Shown here piece after piece: positions 20,160 through 29,421 of a DNA stretch of 64,000 nucleotides. Source of the stretch: Candidatus Thorarchaeota archaeon (lineage in GTDB: Archaea > Asgardarchaeota > Thorarchaeia > Thorarchaeales > Thorarchaeaceae); contig PRDH01000047.1 of the NCBI GenBank assembly GCA_003345545.1, forward strand, positions 8,748-72,747, read 5' to 3'. The notes beneath the pieces were generated by a model. It did no database searches, was not told where the DNA came from, and saw nothing but the letters and a program-made list of their open reading frames with translations. A program made the position numbers and the translations under genes. Each line of letters begins with the position of its first letter. Position 1 is the stretch's first letter.

Positions 20160-20312
20160 AACCTGCAAATGCTATCAATCTCAAATAAACATTGTAGAAC
20201 CTCTTCAGATTTCTCAATAGGGCTAATCACACCCTACATTCACCATGTTTCATTGAGCGGCAATTCGAAGCCTTCATTAGCGGACGACCTCACGCTCGCC
20301 TTGTGACTGTCT

Positions 20313-21116
20313 ATGTCAAAGGAAAGAAACCGCCAGTCTTGGGACACCCTCAGCAAGTGCTACCAGTCCGAACACATCATATCCCTCGAGGATGTGCACT
20401 ACGGGCCGCATGCTCCTGGAGAGAGGAGCTTAGGTCTGATTGGAAATGTGAGAGGTCTGGATGTGCTCGAGATTGGCTGCGGGGGAGGCCAGAACTCCAT
20501 AGTCTTGATGAAGTGGGGGGCAAAAAGCGCAACGGGCATTGACCAGTCAGAAGCCCAGCTAGAGTACGCCAGGAAGTTGGCTCAGAAGGAAAAAGTCGTT
20601 GTTAGTTTTCTGCAAGCAGACATGGAGGATTTGCATGTCTTTCGAAACTCGACATTTGATTTAGTTGTGTCCTCACATGCATTTGACTACGCTGAGAATC
20701 TGGACCGAGTCTTTCAAGAAACTGCGCGAGTGCTTCGGAAAGGAGGCCGATTCGTCTTCTGCATGCTCAACCCAATCTGGAGAGTGGTTGGGACAGCATT
20801 GGAGAGCGAAGACCTTGCGAAGGTTCAAGCATACTTCGGGGAAGAAGCAGAGAAATGGTCATGGGCAACGTCGGATGGACAATCCATAGGTGCGTTTGAA
20901 ACAGTTCCTTGGCGCTTCGAACAAATCATCAATGGTGTCATCCAATCAGGCCTGCGTATTGATCGCGTTGTTGAACCTCGTGGATACAACGGGAATGAGG
21001 CAGAGGAGATTGGCGTGGAATCAATACCATATCGGGATGCATATCCTAGTGAGAAGTTCCTCGCTCTCATACGACGAATACCATTCACAATAATCATTTC
21101 CGCCAAGAAGAGCTAG
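20313..21116 (+). CDS. Class I SAM-dependent methyltransferase
   Basis: VLEIGCGGGQ, GIDQS, FDLVVS, RVLRKGGRF. Confidence 0.9.
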   Translation: MSKERNRQSWDTLSKCYQSEHIISLEDVHYGPHAPGERSLGLIGNVRGLDVLEIGCGGGQNSIVLMKWGAKSATGIDQSEAQLEYARKLAQKEKVVVSFLQADMEDLHVFRNSTFDLVVSSHAFDYAENLDRVFQETARVLRKGGRFVFCMLNPIWRVVGTALESEDLAKVQAYFGEEAEKWSWATSDGQSIGAFETVPWRFEQIINGVIQSGLRIDRVVEPRGYNGNEAEEIGVESIPYRDAYPSEKFLALIRRIPFTIIISAKKS

Positions 21117-21344
21117 AGTGCTGACACTGAGAAAGGAATCTACAAAAGAAGAACCTACGAAGAGTTTGAGGGGCTATGTAAGTCGTTGATGACATATGCA
21201 GTCCAATCCATGCGCAAAGGAACAGCTCAGACAAAATTCATCGACCGGTTTTCAATGACCCGGATAGAAGGCGTTATACGCAATTGAGCTGCCGCCAATG
21301 TCTCAAGTATTGAGTAAAGAAACTGGTTTCTCAGAGGCGGGCCA

Positions 21345-22226
21345 ATGTTGGATTACAAAGTGCGTCGAGTTGTTGAGTCTGATAGAGTAGACATACTTGA
21401 GATGGCGAGAAGAACATGGGGGGGTCATGACTACATGCCAGCCCAGCTTCACGGCTGGATGAGGAGCCGTAAGTGCCGTCTTGTTGGCATAGAAGTGAAA
21501 GACCACCTCGTAGGAATGGCGAACCTGCACTTGATCGACTTAGGAAAGACGGGCTGGATGGAAGGACTTCGAGTACATCCCAAGTACCGAAAGAAGGGAC
21601 TAGCTCGAGTATTGACGCAGGCGCTCGTGAACGAAGGCATCGAGGCAGGTGTTGAAAGACTGAGATACACCACTGATTCATCAAACTCAGCCTCGATCAG
21701 CCTTGCACACGGAATAGGGATGAACGTCAAGACCAAGATGGGCGTCTTTTGGAAAGGGAGCCTGAAGAGAGTAAAACGCGGAGGTGTGAGAGAGCCTCCT
21801 GTGCCTGTTAGGCCAGCGTCTGCAAGGGCTCTGCTCAAGGAAGCAGGGACGCTATTCTCGGATCGTCTGATTGTCCATGATTGGAAGGCATATGATTTCA
21901 GCGCGGAAGGAATCGCCCAAGTTGTCAAGCAATCAGAAGTCTACATAGGCAGGAAGGAAGGCAAGATTGATTCGGTGACATTTGGGACCGAGAGGGTTGA
22001 AGGAGGCGAGGGTGGATGGTCAATCACGATATACGCAGAATCTCAGCAAGCCTTCCTCCAGGCAGTCTACTCACAGATACTGCTGGCCAAAGAGAAGGTC
22101 AGCCCCTTCGTGATGGGAATCTACCCGATGCAATTCCGGGACATATTGCTTGAGCAGCGATGGATTCCAAAGTGGACACAGGATTTCGCAATCCTCCTCT
22201 TTGAAAAGGACATGAGACCAAGATAG
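21345..22226 (+). CDS. GNAT family N-acetyltransferase
   Basis: WMEGLRVHPKYRKKGLA motif A; N..S..L...GM motif B. Confidence 0.85.
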   Translation: MLDYKVRRVVESDRVDILEMARRTWGGHDYMPAQLHGWMRSRKCRLVGIEVKDHLVGMANLHLIDLGKTGWMEGLRVHPKYRKKGLARVLTQALVNEGIEAGVERLRYTTDSSNSASISLAHGIGMNVKTKMGVFWKGSLKRVKRGGVREPPVPVRPASARALLKEAGTLFSDRLIVHDWKAYDFSAEGIAQVVKQSEVYIGRKEGKIDSVTFGTERVEGGEGGWSITIYAESQQAFLQAVYSQILLAKEKVSPFVMGIYPMQFRDILLEQRWIPKWTQDFAILLFEKDMRPR

Positions 22227-22316
22227 ATCTGAGTCATGAGCCGCGCAGAGAAGACAAACCAGTCTATTCAGTGATGTCAAGTCAGACTTATTAGAAAGCT
22301 CGGAACTTGAAGGTGT

Positions 22317-22970
22317 ATGCGTCCCAGATGCATAGCACTGCTATTGATTGTTATTCTCGGAGCTGGAGTTCTTATTGGTCTCTATGGACTGCAAAACAAC
22401 CTATTCACAACCTTCGACCCCGGAGATCGTTACCAATCAGAGCGACTGGACTACATGGGTGTGATCTATGCGAACAGGTCGAACCAGTATGGCTTCTTCG
22501 AGGGATACAGTGAAACAAGCAGCTGTCCGTGGGGATTCATCCACAGAGGCATCGATTACTTCTTCATAAACAACACTGAGGTCATTGCCGCTGCTCCAGG
22601 TTGTGTCGAACAAGTTTTCTGGCGTGTCAATCCAAATGCAACATTGAACATGTACAATATCTACGTGTGGATTCGGTTCAATGCATCCATTATTCTGTAT
22701 TATACTTTCGAGCCATTCACCCATGTTGAAGGAGACCAAGATAGACAGCTGGCAATGCTGAGTGTTCAGGTTGGCGACTGGGTGATGAAGGGAAGTGTCA
22801 TCGGTCGATTTCTATATGTGGAAGACGCAGCACACATTGATTTTAGCGTCCGAAACGGTGAGGTAGCGTACGATCCTGAGCCCTTCTTTGGCTCTAGCGA
22901 CCATGATGAAATCATGGGACTCATTAATGACTACCACCCAGGGTGGAATCTATCATATACTGCGCCCTAG
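22317..22970 (+). CDS. Secreted/anchored M23 peptidase-like protein
   Basis: N-terminal TM; HRGIDY (HxxxD), VIAAAPG, VQVGDWV..G..IG, HIDF (HxH replaced by HxD). Confidence 0.6.
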   Translation: MRPRCIALLLIVILGAGVLIGLYGLQNNLFTTFDPGDRYQSERLDYMGVIYANRSNQYGFFEGYSETSSCPWGFIHRGIDYFFINNTEVIAAAPGCVEQVFWRVNPNATLNMYNIYVWIRFNASIILYYTFEPFTHVEGDQDRQLAMLSVQVGDWVMKGSVIGRFLYVEDAAHIDFSVRNGEVAYDPEPFFGSSDHDEIMGLINDYHPGWNLSYTAP

Positions 22971-23140
22971 TTGCCTTTCGAGTCAACAAAGGCTCGGTTT
23001 ATTGATTTGCCATGGTCCATGTGTCAGGGCTCGCACAAAGGACACCATAAGGCTCCTGCTTATATAGGTGAGAGGAACTACAAGGAGCTACTTCTTGAAT
23101 TTGCGATTCATTCGCTTTGCAAGGAGGAGGACTATTACCG

Positions 23141-24784
23141 ATGAATAAGAATCAGACTATCGCGATAGCTCTCATCGTCATCATCGTAGTTGGCGCCGCT
23201 GGTGTGTATCTAATCATGTTCCCACCAGGACCGACTGTACCTACGATTGTCATAGGTACTACAGACTCTGTTGAGTCTAATCTGGACATGGCGCTGGCTT
23301 ACGACTACTTTGGATGGGAGATGATCATTGCACTGAGCTCAGGCTTAGTGGAAATAGAACCCGGCTCTGAAGCTGGGGCGGAAGATATAGAACCTGCATT
23401 GGCTACGGACTGGATAGCGACTGGAGGAGGAACAATCTGGGACTTCGAACTTAGAGAGAACGTCACATTCCCTGATGGTCGTGAGTTCAACGCAACGGAT
23501 GTGAAGTACACATTCGATAGGAACTGCAACCTGACAGGAGTAGGTCTCTTTGAGCTTGATGGGCCACAACTCAATATGGAGTACAATGCTGTAATCAAGA
23601 ACGTGACCATCATTAGCGAGTTCGTTGTTCGCTTCTATCTGTGGATACCATTCGCACCATTCCTGCAACTCATGTCCTGTGCTGCATCCTACATGGTAGA
23701 CAGGGCAGTTGCACCAATGGATGCTCTTCTCGGATACGCAAACACTACACAGACCCCCTGTGCATTAGGTCCGTACCTGCTCGACGAGTGGGTCAGGATA
23801 GGCGGTAGTGATGACCACGTCACTCTCGTCAAGAACCCTGACTACTGGAATGCCGCTGCAGGATATCCCAAGACTGACAGAATCATCATCAAGATGTACG
23901 CCAGCGATACCGCACTTGCGTCAGCAATGACAGCAAAAGAGATTGATATTGCATATAGGCAGCTCACAGCAAGCCAGATCAATGCCTTCAAGGCAGACGC
24001 TTCAGTTAAGGTCTGGGAAGGTATTGGTGCTCAGATTCAATACCTCTGTTTCAACCAGGATGTACATCCATACGATGAAACAGCTGTCAGGCAAGCACTC
24101 GCTGCTGGCATCAACAGAACTCATGTCTGTGCGAGCGTGTTCCTAGGAACATTCGATCCACTCTACAGCATGATTCCGCAGGGAATGGCATACGCAAACA
24201 CTGCATTCAACAAGTGGGAGTACAACAAGACGTTGGTTGCTCAGCTCCTAGCACCTTTTGGCTACAACAACGTGACCAAGCTAAAGCTCAATATGACCTA
24301 TGAGAGCTCTGGACACTACCCACAGAGTGCACAACAAGCGCTTGTATACGAGCAGGACTGGGAAGACACTGGCGTGATTGATGTCACACTCTATGGTCTT
24401 GACTGGCCAAGCTACAAGGTCGCCAGAGATGCGGGATCTTTGAATGTCTTCATGTACGGATGGTATCCAGACTTCATCGACCCAGACAACTATGAGTTCC
24501 TGCCATTCGCAGCTTGGCTGAACATGGGCTACAACAGCACTTATCCTGCTGGCGGTATAGCTCAGTACAACCTTTGGGTTCAGGGAAGAAGTGCGACAAA
24601 TGATACTGCACGACAGGCTGCGTATGTTGCACTCCAGAATCTCCAAGCAGATGAATGCTCAGTTGTTCCACTCTGGCAGAGCAGCACTGTTGCAGTGTCT
24701 AAGTTAAGCATCAAGGGTGTTGTTCTGGACATTACAGTCAACTGGCGTAATTGGCTGCTCTACATTGAAACACCCACAACATAA
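23141..24784 (+). CDS. ABC peptide/nickel transporter substrate-binding protein (family 5)
   Basis: PALATDW, FELRENVTFPDG..FNATDVKYTF, GPY, NPDYW; N-terminal TM anchor; GGAGGAGG RBS. Confidence 0.9.
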   Translation: MNKNQTIAIALIVIIVVGAAGVYLIMFPPGPTVPTIVIGTTDSVESNLDMALAYDYFGWEMIIALSSGLVEIEPGSEAGAEDIEPALATDWIATGGGTIWDFELRENVTFPDGREFNATDVKYTFDRNCNLTGVGLFELDGPQLNMEYNAVIKNVTIISEFVVRFYLWIPFAPFLQLMSCAASYMVDRAVAPMDALLGYANTTQTPCALGPYLLDEWVRIGGSDDHVTLVKNPDYWNAAAGYPKTDRIIIKMYASDTALASAMTAKEIDIAYRQLTASQINAFKADASVKVWEGIGAQIQYLCFNQDVHPYDETAVRQALAAGINRTHVCASVFLGTFDPLYSMIPQGMAYANTAFNKWEYNKTLVAQLLAPFGYNNVTKLKLNMTYESSGHYPQSAQQALVYEQDWEDTGVIDVTLYGLDWPSYKVARDAGSLNVFMYGWYPDFIDPDNYEFLPFAAWLNMGYNSTYPAGGIAQYNLWVQGRSATNDTARQAAYVALQNLQADECSVVPLWQSSTVAVSKLSIKGVVLDITVNWRNWLLYIETPTT

Positions 24785-24803
24785 GCGCATACGAATCCAG
24801 GAA

Positions 24804-24840
24804 GAGCAGGCTTCTCCGCCTGCTCCCTTGTTTTTTTTTT
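24804..24840 (+). terminator. Stem-loop plus T10 terminator after SBP gene
   Basis: GAGCAGGC-ttctcc-GCCTGCTC followed by a run of 10 T. Confidence 0.75.
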
Positions 24841-24968
24841 CTCCCCGTGGTTTAGTTCAATTGAAGTCTGTCTTTTTGTGATATTCGAATTCTTTCGTCA
24901 TTCGAAGAGCTTAAGTCTTTGAATAAAGCAGATTTCTGTGCTCTGTGCCTAGCATTTGGGTGATTGAG

Positions 24969-25979
24969 TTGACTCTAAAGACGTATGTGACTAGCAGAAT
25001 CCTTCTCACCATTCCAATGATTCTCCTTCTGTTCACGTTTGTGTTCATAATTGTGAGAATCCTGCCTGGGGATCCTGCTGCAGCCCACTTTGAGAAATCT
25101 GTTGATCCATTGGTTCTACAAGAATTCAGACATCGTCTTGGGCTGGATGCGGATCCGTTTACTCAGTATTTCGCCTACCTCGGAGGCATTCCATTTGGCA
25201 ACTTCGGGCTGTCCATGCAGGACTTCTCACCTATTAGCAGCCACATAGCAATTAGATTTCCAGCAACCCTTGAACTGACGATTTACGCTATGCTCTTTGC
25301 TGTCCTCTTTGGAGTGGCTCTTGGTGTCCAATCAGCAAAGAAATACGACACAGTGCAAGATCATGGCATCAGATTCTTTGGAATAGTCACCTATGCAATC
25401 CCTGTCTTCTTTCTCGGTATGATTCTTCAGTTCATATTCTCAATCTGGCTTGGTTTCCTGCCAACAGGAACTCGCTTTGACCCCCGCTACGATGCGCCTA
25501 CAACAATCACAGGCCTGTATACGATCGACAGTCTCTTAACGGGCAATATTCAGGCGTTCGTCATCTCCATCAGGTATCTTCTACTACCATCTATCACTTT
25601 GGGCCTTATCCTTTGCGGGATATTCATTCGGCTCACGAGAACTAACATGCTCGAGACTCTAAGAATGGACTTCGTCGTGGCAGCAGAGGCGCGCGGATTA
25701 TCGGAAGCGAAGGTCACATATGGCTATGCATTGAAGAATGCGTTCCTTCCAATTCTTACAATGATAGGACTGCAATTTGCTGCACTACTAGCAGGCGCTA
25801 TTCTCACAGAAACTACATTCAGCTGGCCAGGGCTTGGTACGTACCTTGTACAACGCATCAACCATAGAGACTATACGGCGATTCAGGGAGTTGTCGTGTT
25901 CTTTGGTATTCTTGTCAGTCTGGTCACGCTGTTTGTTGACATTCTATACGCGTATTTGGATCCACGAATTAGACTGTAG
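24969..25979 (+). CDS. ABC peptide transporter permease (DppB/OppB-like)
   Basis: PGDPA, RFPATLEL, EAA loop (DFVVAAEARGL), TETTFSWPGLG, DPRI. Confidence 0.9.
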   Translation: MTLKTYVTSRILLTIPMILLLFTFVFIIVRILPGDPAAAHFEKSVDPLVLQEFRHRLGLDADPFTQYFAYLGGIPFGNFGLSMQDFSPISSHIAIRFPATLELTIYAMLFAVLFGVALGVQSAKKYDTVQDHGIRFFGIVTYAIPVFFLGMILQFIFSIWLGFLPTGTRFDPRYDAPTTITGLYTIDSLLTGNIQAFVISIRYLLLPSITLGLILCGIFIRLTRTNMLETLRMDFVVAAEARGLSEAKVTYGYALKNAFLPILTMIGLQFAALLAGAILTETTFSWPGLGTYLVQRINHRDYTAIQGVVVFFGILVSLVTLFVDILYAYLDPRIRL

Positions 25980-25990
25980 GTGAATGCTAG

Positions 25991-27289
25991 ATGACTCAGA
26001 AGAACATCATGGGTGGCATTTTCATTCACCTAAGACCGTCAAAGGAGACTTTTCAAGAACGCTCAATGAAATGGTGGATCACATTTGTCGTGATCGTGGC
26101 AGGAACAGCAGTAGTTCTCGCAGGACTAGTATTCCTGGCCGCTATTTCGAGAAGCGGGATAGGCCTGCAAGTGGTCAGCTGTACTTTCATCTTCGGGGTC
26201 ATCATCCTGATAACAGGTGCAGCACGTAGAGGGATGATACACGAACAAAGGCTCACGATTCGTCAAGGCAACATCCTGCTTGTGTTAGTGTCTGCGATTC
26301 TTGTTGCTATCATGGCAGAGGTTGGATACATCACAATTGCGGACCCCGTTTTGAGAGCAAGTCTACCTGAAGCTATGAGGGGTTCGAGTCTCTCGACCTC
26401 TCTGGTATTGGGGGGAGTACTATTCTCTCTCATTATCCTACTACTCTATGAGGGATATCCAATACTCAGTCACAGGGGTTCTCCGGGTTTTGTCGCCATG
26501 TCTGGGCTGTTGATAGTATTCGCGATTGTATACATGACCGCTGTCTCTTGGTGGATTGTTCCCTATGACCCGACTAGGCTCGATGTGGGCCCATATGGAG
26601 GCGCTCCATCGCTTCAATTTCCGCTAGGGACCACGGCTCTTGGACAGGACCTTTTGAGCAGAGTGATCTCAGGAGGGGGAATAATGCTCCAAGTAGCGAT
26701 AATTTCGGTGGCTGTGTGTTTCTCAATCGGCGTGCCTATGGGTCTTGCCGCATCATACAGAGGAGGTCTTCCCGATAGAGCAGTATCCCTCGTCATGGAT
26801 AGTATCTTCGCATTTCCGGGCCTTGTTTTAGCTATTGCGATTGCAGCCATATTGGGTCCGGGCGTCACGAATATGGCAATGGCAATTGCTGTAGTCTATA
26901 TACCATCGTACTTCAGAGTAGTCCGGAGTCAGGTGCTAACAATCAAGGAGCTTCCCTACATTGAAGCAGCTATTGTCATGGGAGCAAGGAATCGAGACAT
27001 CATCTTCCGGTATATCTTGCCTAATATCCTACCATCTGCAGTAGTAGTCATGTCGATCAATTTTGCTGATGCAGTTCTTACTGCGGCAGGCCTGACTTTT
27101 GTGGGTCTTGGTCTTCCAGTCGATGTGCCAGATTGGGGATGGGACTTAACCTTTGGTTCCCACGAATACGTTACAGGCAAGTGGTGGAGCATCACTTTTC
27201 CAGGACTCATGATAGTCGTATTAGCACTGGGCTTCACACTGGCTGGAGAAGGGCTTAATGAAGTGCTGACTCCCAAGCTCAAGGAGTGA
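25991..27289 (+). CDS. ABC peptide transporter permease (DppC/OppC-like) with extra N-terminal TMs
   Basis: PLGTTALGQDLLSR, YIEAAIVMGA, ILPN, PDWG. Confidence 0.9.
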   Translation: MTQKNIMGGIFIHLRPSKETFQERSMKWWITFVVIVAGTAVVLAGLVFLAAISRSGIGLQVVSCTFIFGVIILITGAARRGMIHEQRLTIRQGNILLVLVSAILVAIMAEVGYITIADPVLRASLPEAMRGSSLSTSLVLGGVLFSLIILLLYEGYPILSHRGSPGFVAMSGLLIVFAIVYMTAVSWWIVPYDPTRLDVGPYGGAPSLQFPLGTTALGQDLLSRVISGGGIMLQVAIISVAVCFSIGVPMGLAASYRGGLPDRAVSLVMDSIFAFPGLVLAIAIAAILGPGVTNMAMAIAVVYIPSYFRVVRSQVLTIKELPYIEAAIVMGARNRDIIFRYILPNILPSAVVVMSINFADAVLTAAGLTFVGLGLPVDVPDWGWDLTFGSHEYVTGKWWSITFPGLMIVVLALGFTLAGEGLNEVLTPKLKE

Positions 27290-27295
27290 TCAACT

Positions 27296-28318
27296 GTGTT
27301 AGAGAGTGAGAATAACCTTCTTGAGATCAGAGATTTGTCAGTGGAATACAAAACGCGAAGGGGTGTAGCTAAAGGCGTCGATGCAATATCGTTGAATGTT
27401 CCAGAGAATAAGACTCTCGGTGTTGCCGGAGAGAGCGGTTGTGGCAAAAGCACCCTTGGCAGGGCAATCATGCGGCTTGTGGCTTATCCAGGGCGAATCA
27501 TCAGTGGCGACATCATATTCAACATAGAGGAGGATATCGTGACAAGTAATGCCACCATCAAAAGAGGACAGGTTAACCTTCTGAAGTTGAACGAGAAAGA
27601 GATGAGGGCTATCCGTGGAAAGGAGATTTCGTACATTTTCCAAGATCCCATGACTTCCTTGAATCCGATGGCCACTGTTGGCACGCATTTCATCGAGATT
27701 ATGAAAGCCCATGACCCTACAATCGAGGATGAGAAGGCCATTGATAGAGCGAAAAAGATACTCATCGGCTTAGGTATCAATCCTGAAAGAGTGACCGACT
27801 ATCCCCATCAATTCAGTGGGGGAATGAGACAGCGAGTCATGATCGGTCTTGCTCTTGCCCTAAAACCCAAGCTACTAATCGCTGATGAGCCTACGACCTC
27901 TCTCGATGTAATAGTCGAAGCGCAAATACTTGAGGAAATTGCTGCTCTCAAGGACAAGTTCAATCTCACGATGATTCTCATAACGCACAATCTGGGGGTC
28001 CTTGCCCAGACAGCCGATAATATCGCCATCATGTACACAAGCAGAGTGGTGGAATTGTCGCCAACACTGGACTTATTCGAGAAACCCCTCCATCCATATG
28101 CGCAAGCCCTGCTTCAATCCGTTCCCGACGTCACGCATCCCGAGAAGCAACTTGCCTGGATTCCTGGTGCTCCTCCAGACCTAGTCAATCCACTCCCAGG
28201 ATGTATGTATCATCCAAGATGCCCCCATGCGATGGATATCTGCACACAGATTGTACCGCCACTGGTCGAAGTAGAGCCTGGAAGACTCGTGGCATGCCAT
28301 CTCTACCTGGAGGGATAA
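27296..28318 (+). CDS. ABC peptide transporter ATPase (DppD-like)
   Basis: GESGCGKS, FSGGMRQR, IADEPT, ITH, HPY and Cys-rich C-terminus. Confidence 0.92.
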   Translation: MLESENNLLEIRDLSVEYKTRRGVAKGVDAISLNVPENKTLGVAGESGCGKSTLGRAIMRLVAYPGRIISGDIIFNIEEDIVTSNATIKRGQVNLLKLNEKEMRAIRGKEISYIFQDPMTSLNPMATVGTHFIEIMKAHDPTIEDEKAIDRAKKILIGLGINPERVTDYPHQFSGGMRQRVMIGLALALKPKLLIADEPTTSLDVIVEAQILEEIAALKDKFNLTMILITHNLGVLAQTADNIAIMYTSRVVELSPTLDLFEKPLHPYAQALLQSVPDVTHPEKQLAWIPGAPPDLVNPLPGCMYHPRCPHAMDICTQIVPPLVEVEPGRLVACHLYLEG

Positions 28319-28321
28319 TGT

Positions 28322-29299
28322 ATGGCACTCATTGAGTTTAGAAAAGTAAAGAAGTTCTTCCCTGTACAGATGGGCTTCATTAGCTCTCTGATATCAAAGA
28401 ATCAAGAGTATGTTAGAGCTGTAGATGGAATCTCATTCGAAATCAGGAAGGGAGAGGTTTTGGGGCTCGCTGGAGAGAGCGGCTCCGGAAAGACAACTAC
28501 TGGCAGACTGGCGGTAAGGCTTCTGCAACCCACAGAGGGTGAGATCATCTATGATGGACAGGATATTGCCTTTCTCAAGGGACAACAACTACGCCTGCTC
28601 AGAAGGCGTCTGCAGTTCACATTCCAGGATCCCACTTCGTCGCTCAACCCAAGGATGAAGGTAGGAGACGCTATTGCTGATGCTTTGAGACTTCAGGGCA
28701 TTGGAACGAAGACAGAGAGAAAGGAGAGAGCTGAGGAAACGCTGGATAAAGTAGGTCTCTCTCCACCTAGCTCATTCTATGAACGACTTCCTCATCAGCT
28801 GAGCGGCGGCCAAAAACAACGCGTGGTCTTTGGCAGGGCAATCATCCTCAAACCTGAATTCATCGTGACAGACGAGCCAGTAGCAATGGTGGATGTTTCA
28901 ATTAAGGCACAGATTCTGAACCTGATGACAGAATTGAAGAAAGAACTCAACTTGACCTACCTATTCATCAGTCACGACCTAGCGACAGCCAGGCATGTCT
29001 GCGATAGGATTGCAATCATGTATCTTGGGCAAATCATCGAGGTTGCGGACAGGGACAGCATCTATGAAGATCCTCTTCATCCCTATTCAGTTGGTCTAAT
29101 GAGCGCGATACCAGTGCCGAATCCGAGAGCTCAGAAGAACGAGGCAGTCCCGCGTGGAGAGATACCCAGTCCCATCAACCCGCCAAGTGGATGTAGATTT
29201 CATCCTAGATGCCCAAGGGCTTTTGAGAAGTGTCCGCTTGAAGTGCCAGAACTGAAAGAAGTGTCCGATGGCCGAATGGTCGCATGTCATCTCTACTGA
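28322..29299 (+). CDS. ABC peptide transporter ATPase (DppF-like)
   Basis: [31 protein letters not shown]. Confidence 0.92.
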   Translation: MALIEFRKVKKFFPVQMGFISSLISKNQEYVRAVDGISFEIRKGEVLGLAGESGSGKTTTGRLAVRLLQPTEGEIIYDGQDIAFLKGQQLRLLRRRLQFTFQDPTSSLNPRMKVGDAIADALRLQGIGTKTERKERAEETLDKVGLSPPSSFYERLPHQLSGGQKQRVVFGRAIILKPEFIVTDEPVAMVDVSIKAQILNLMTELKKELNLTYLFISHDLATARHVCDRIAIMYLGQIIEVADRDSIYEDPLHPYSVGLMSAIPVPNPRAQKNEAVPRGEIPSPINPPSGCRFHPRCPRAFEKCPLEVPELKEVSDGRMVACHLY

Positions 29300-29421
29300 G
29301 TCATAGTCAGTGCAGATAATCAGTACGAGCCACCCCGGACTTGCTGCCCACTTCATTATTCTGCCCCTCGCACTGAAAGAATAAATGGACCTGTGTACAC
29401 CAAACGGGCGGGATAAATGCA

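Noticed and set aside
21114-21287. About 56 open codons in frame after the methyltransferase TAG (possible pyrrolysine readthrough)
   Set aside because: The protein already ends in a typical terminal strand (IIISAKKS), many genes here end naturally at TAG, and such a run is expected occasionally by chance.
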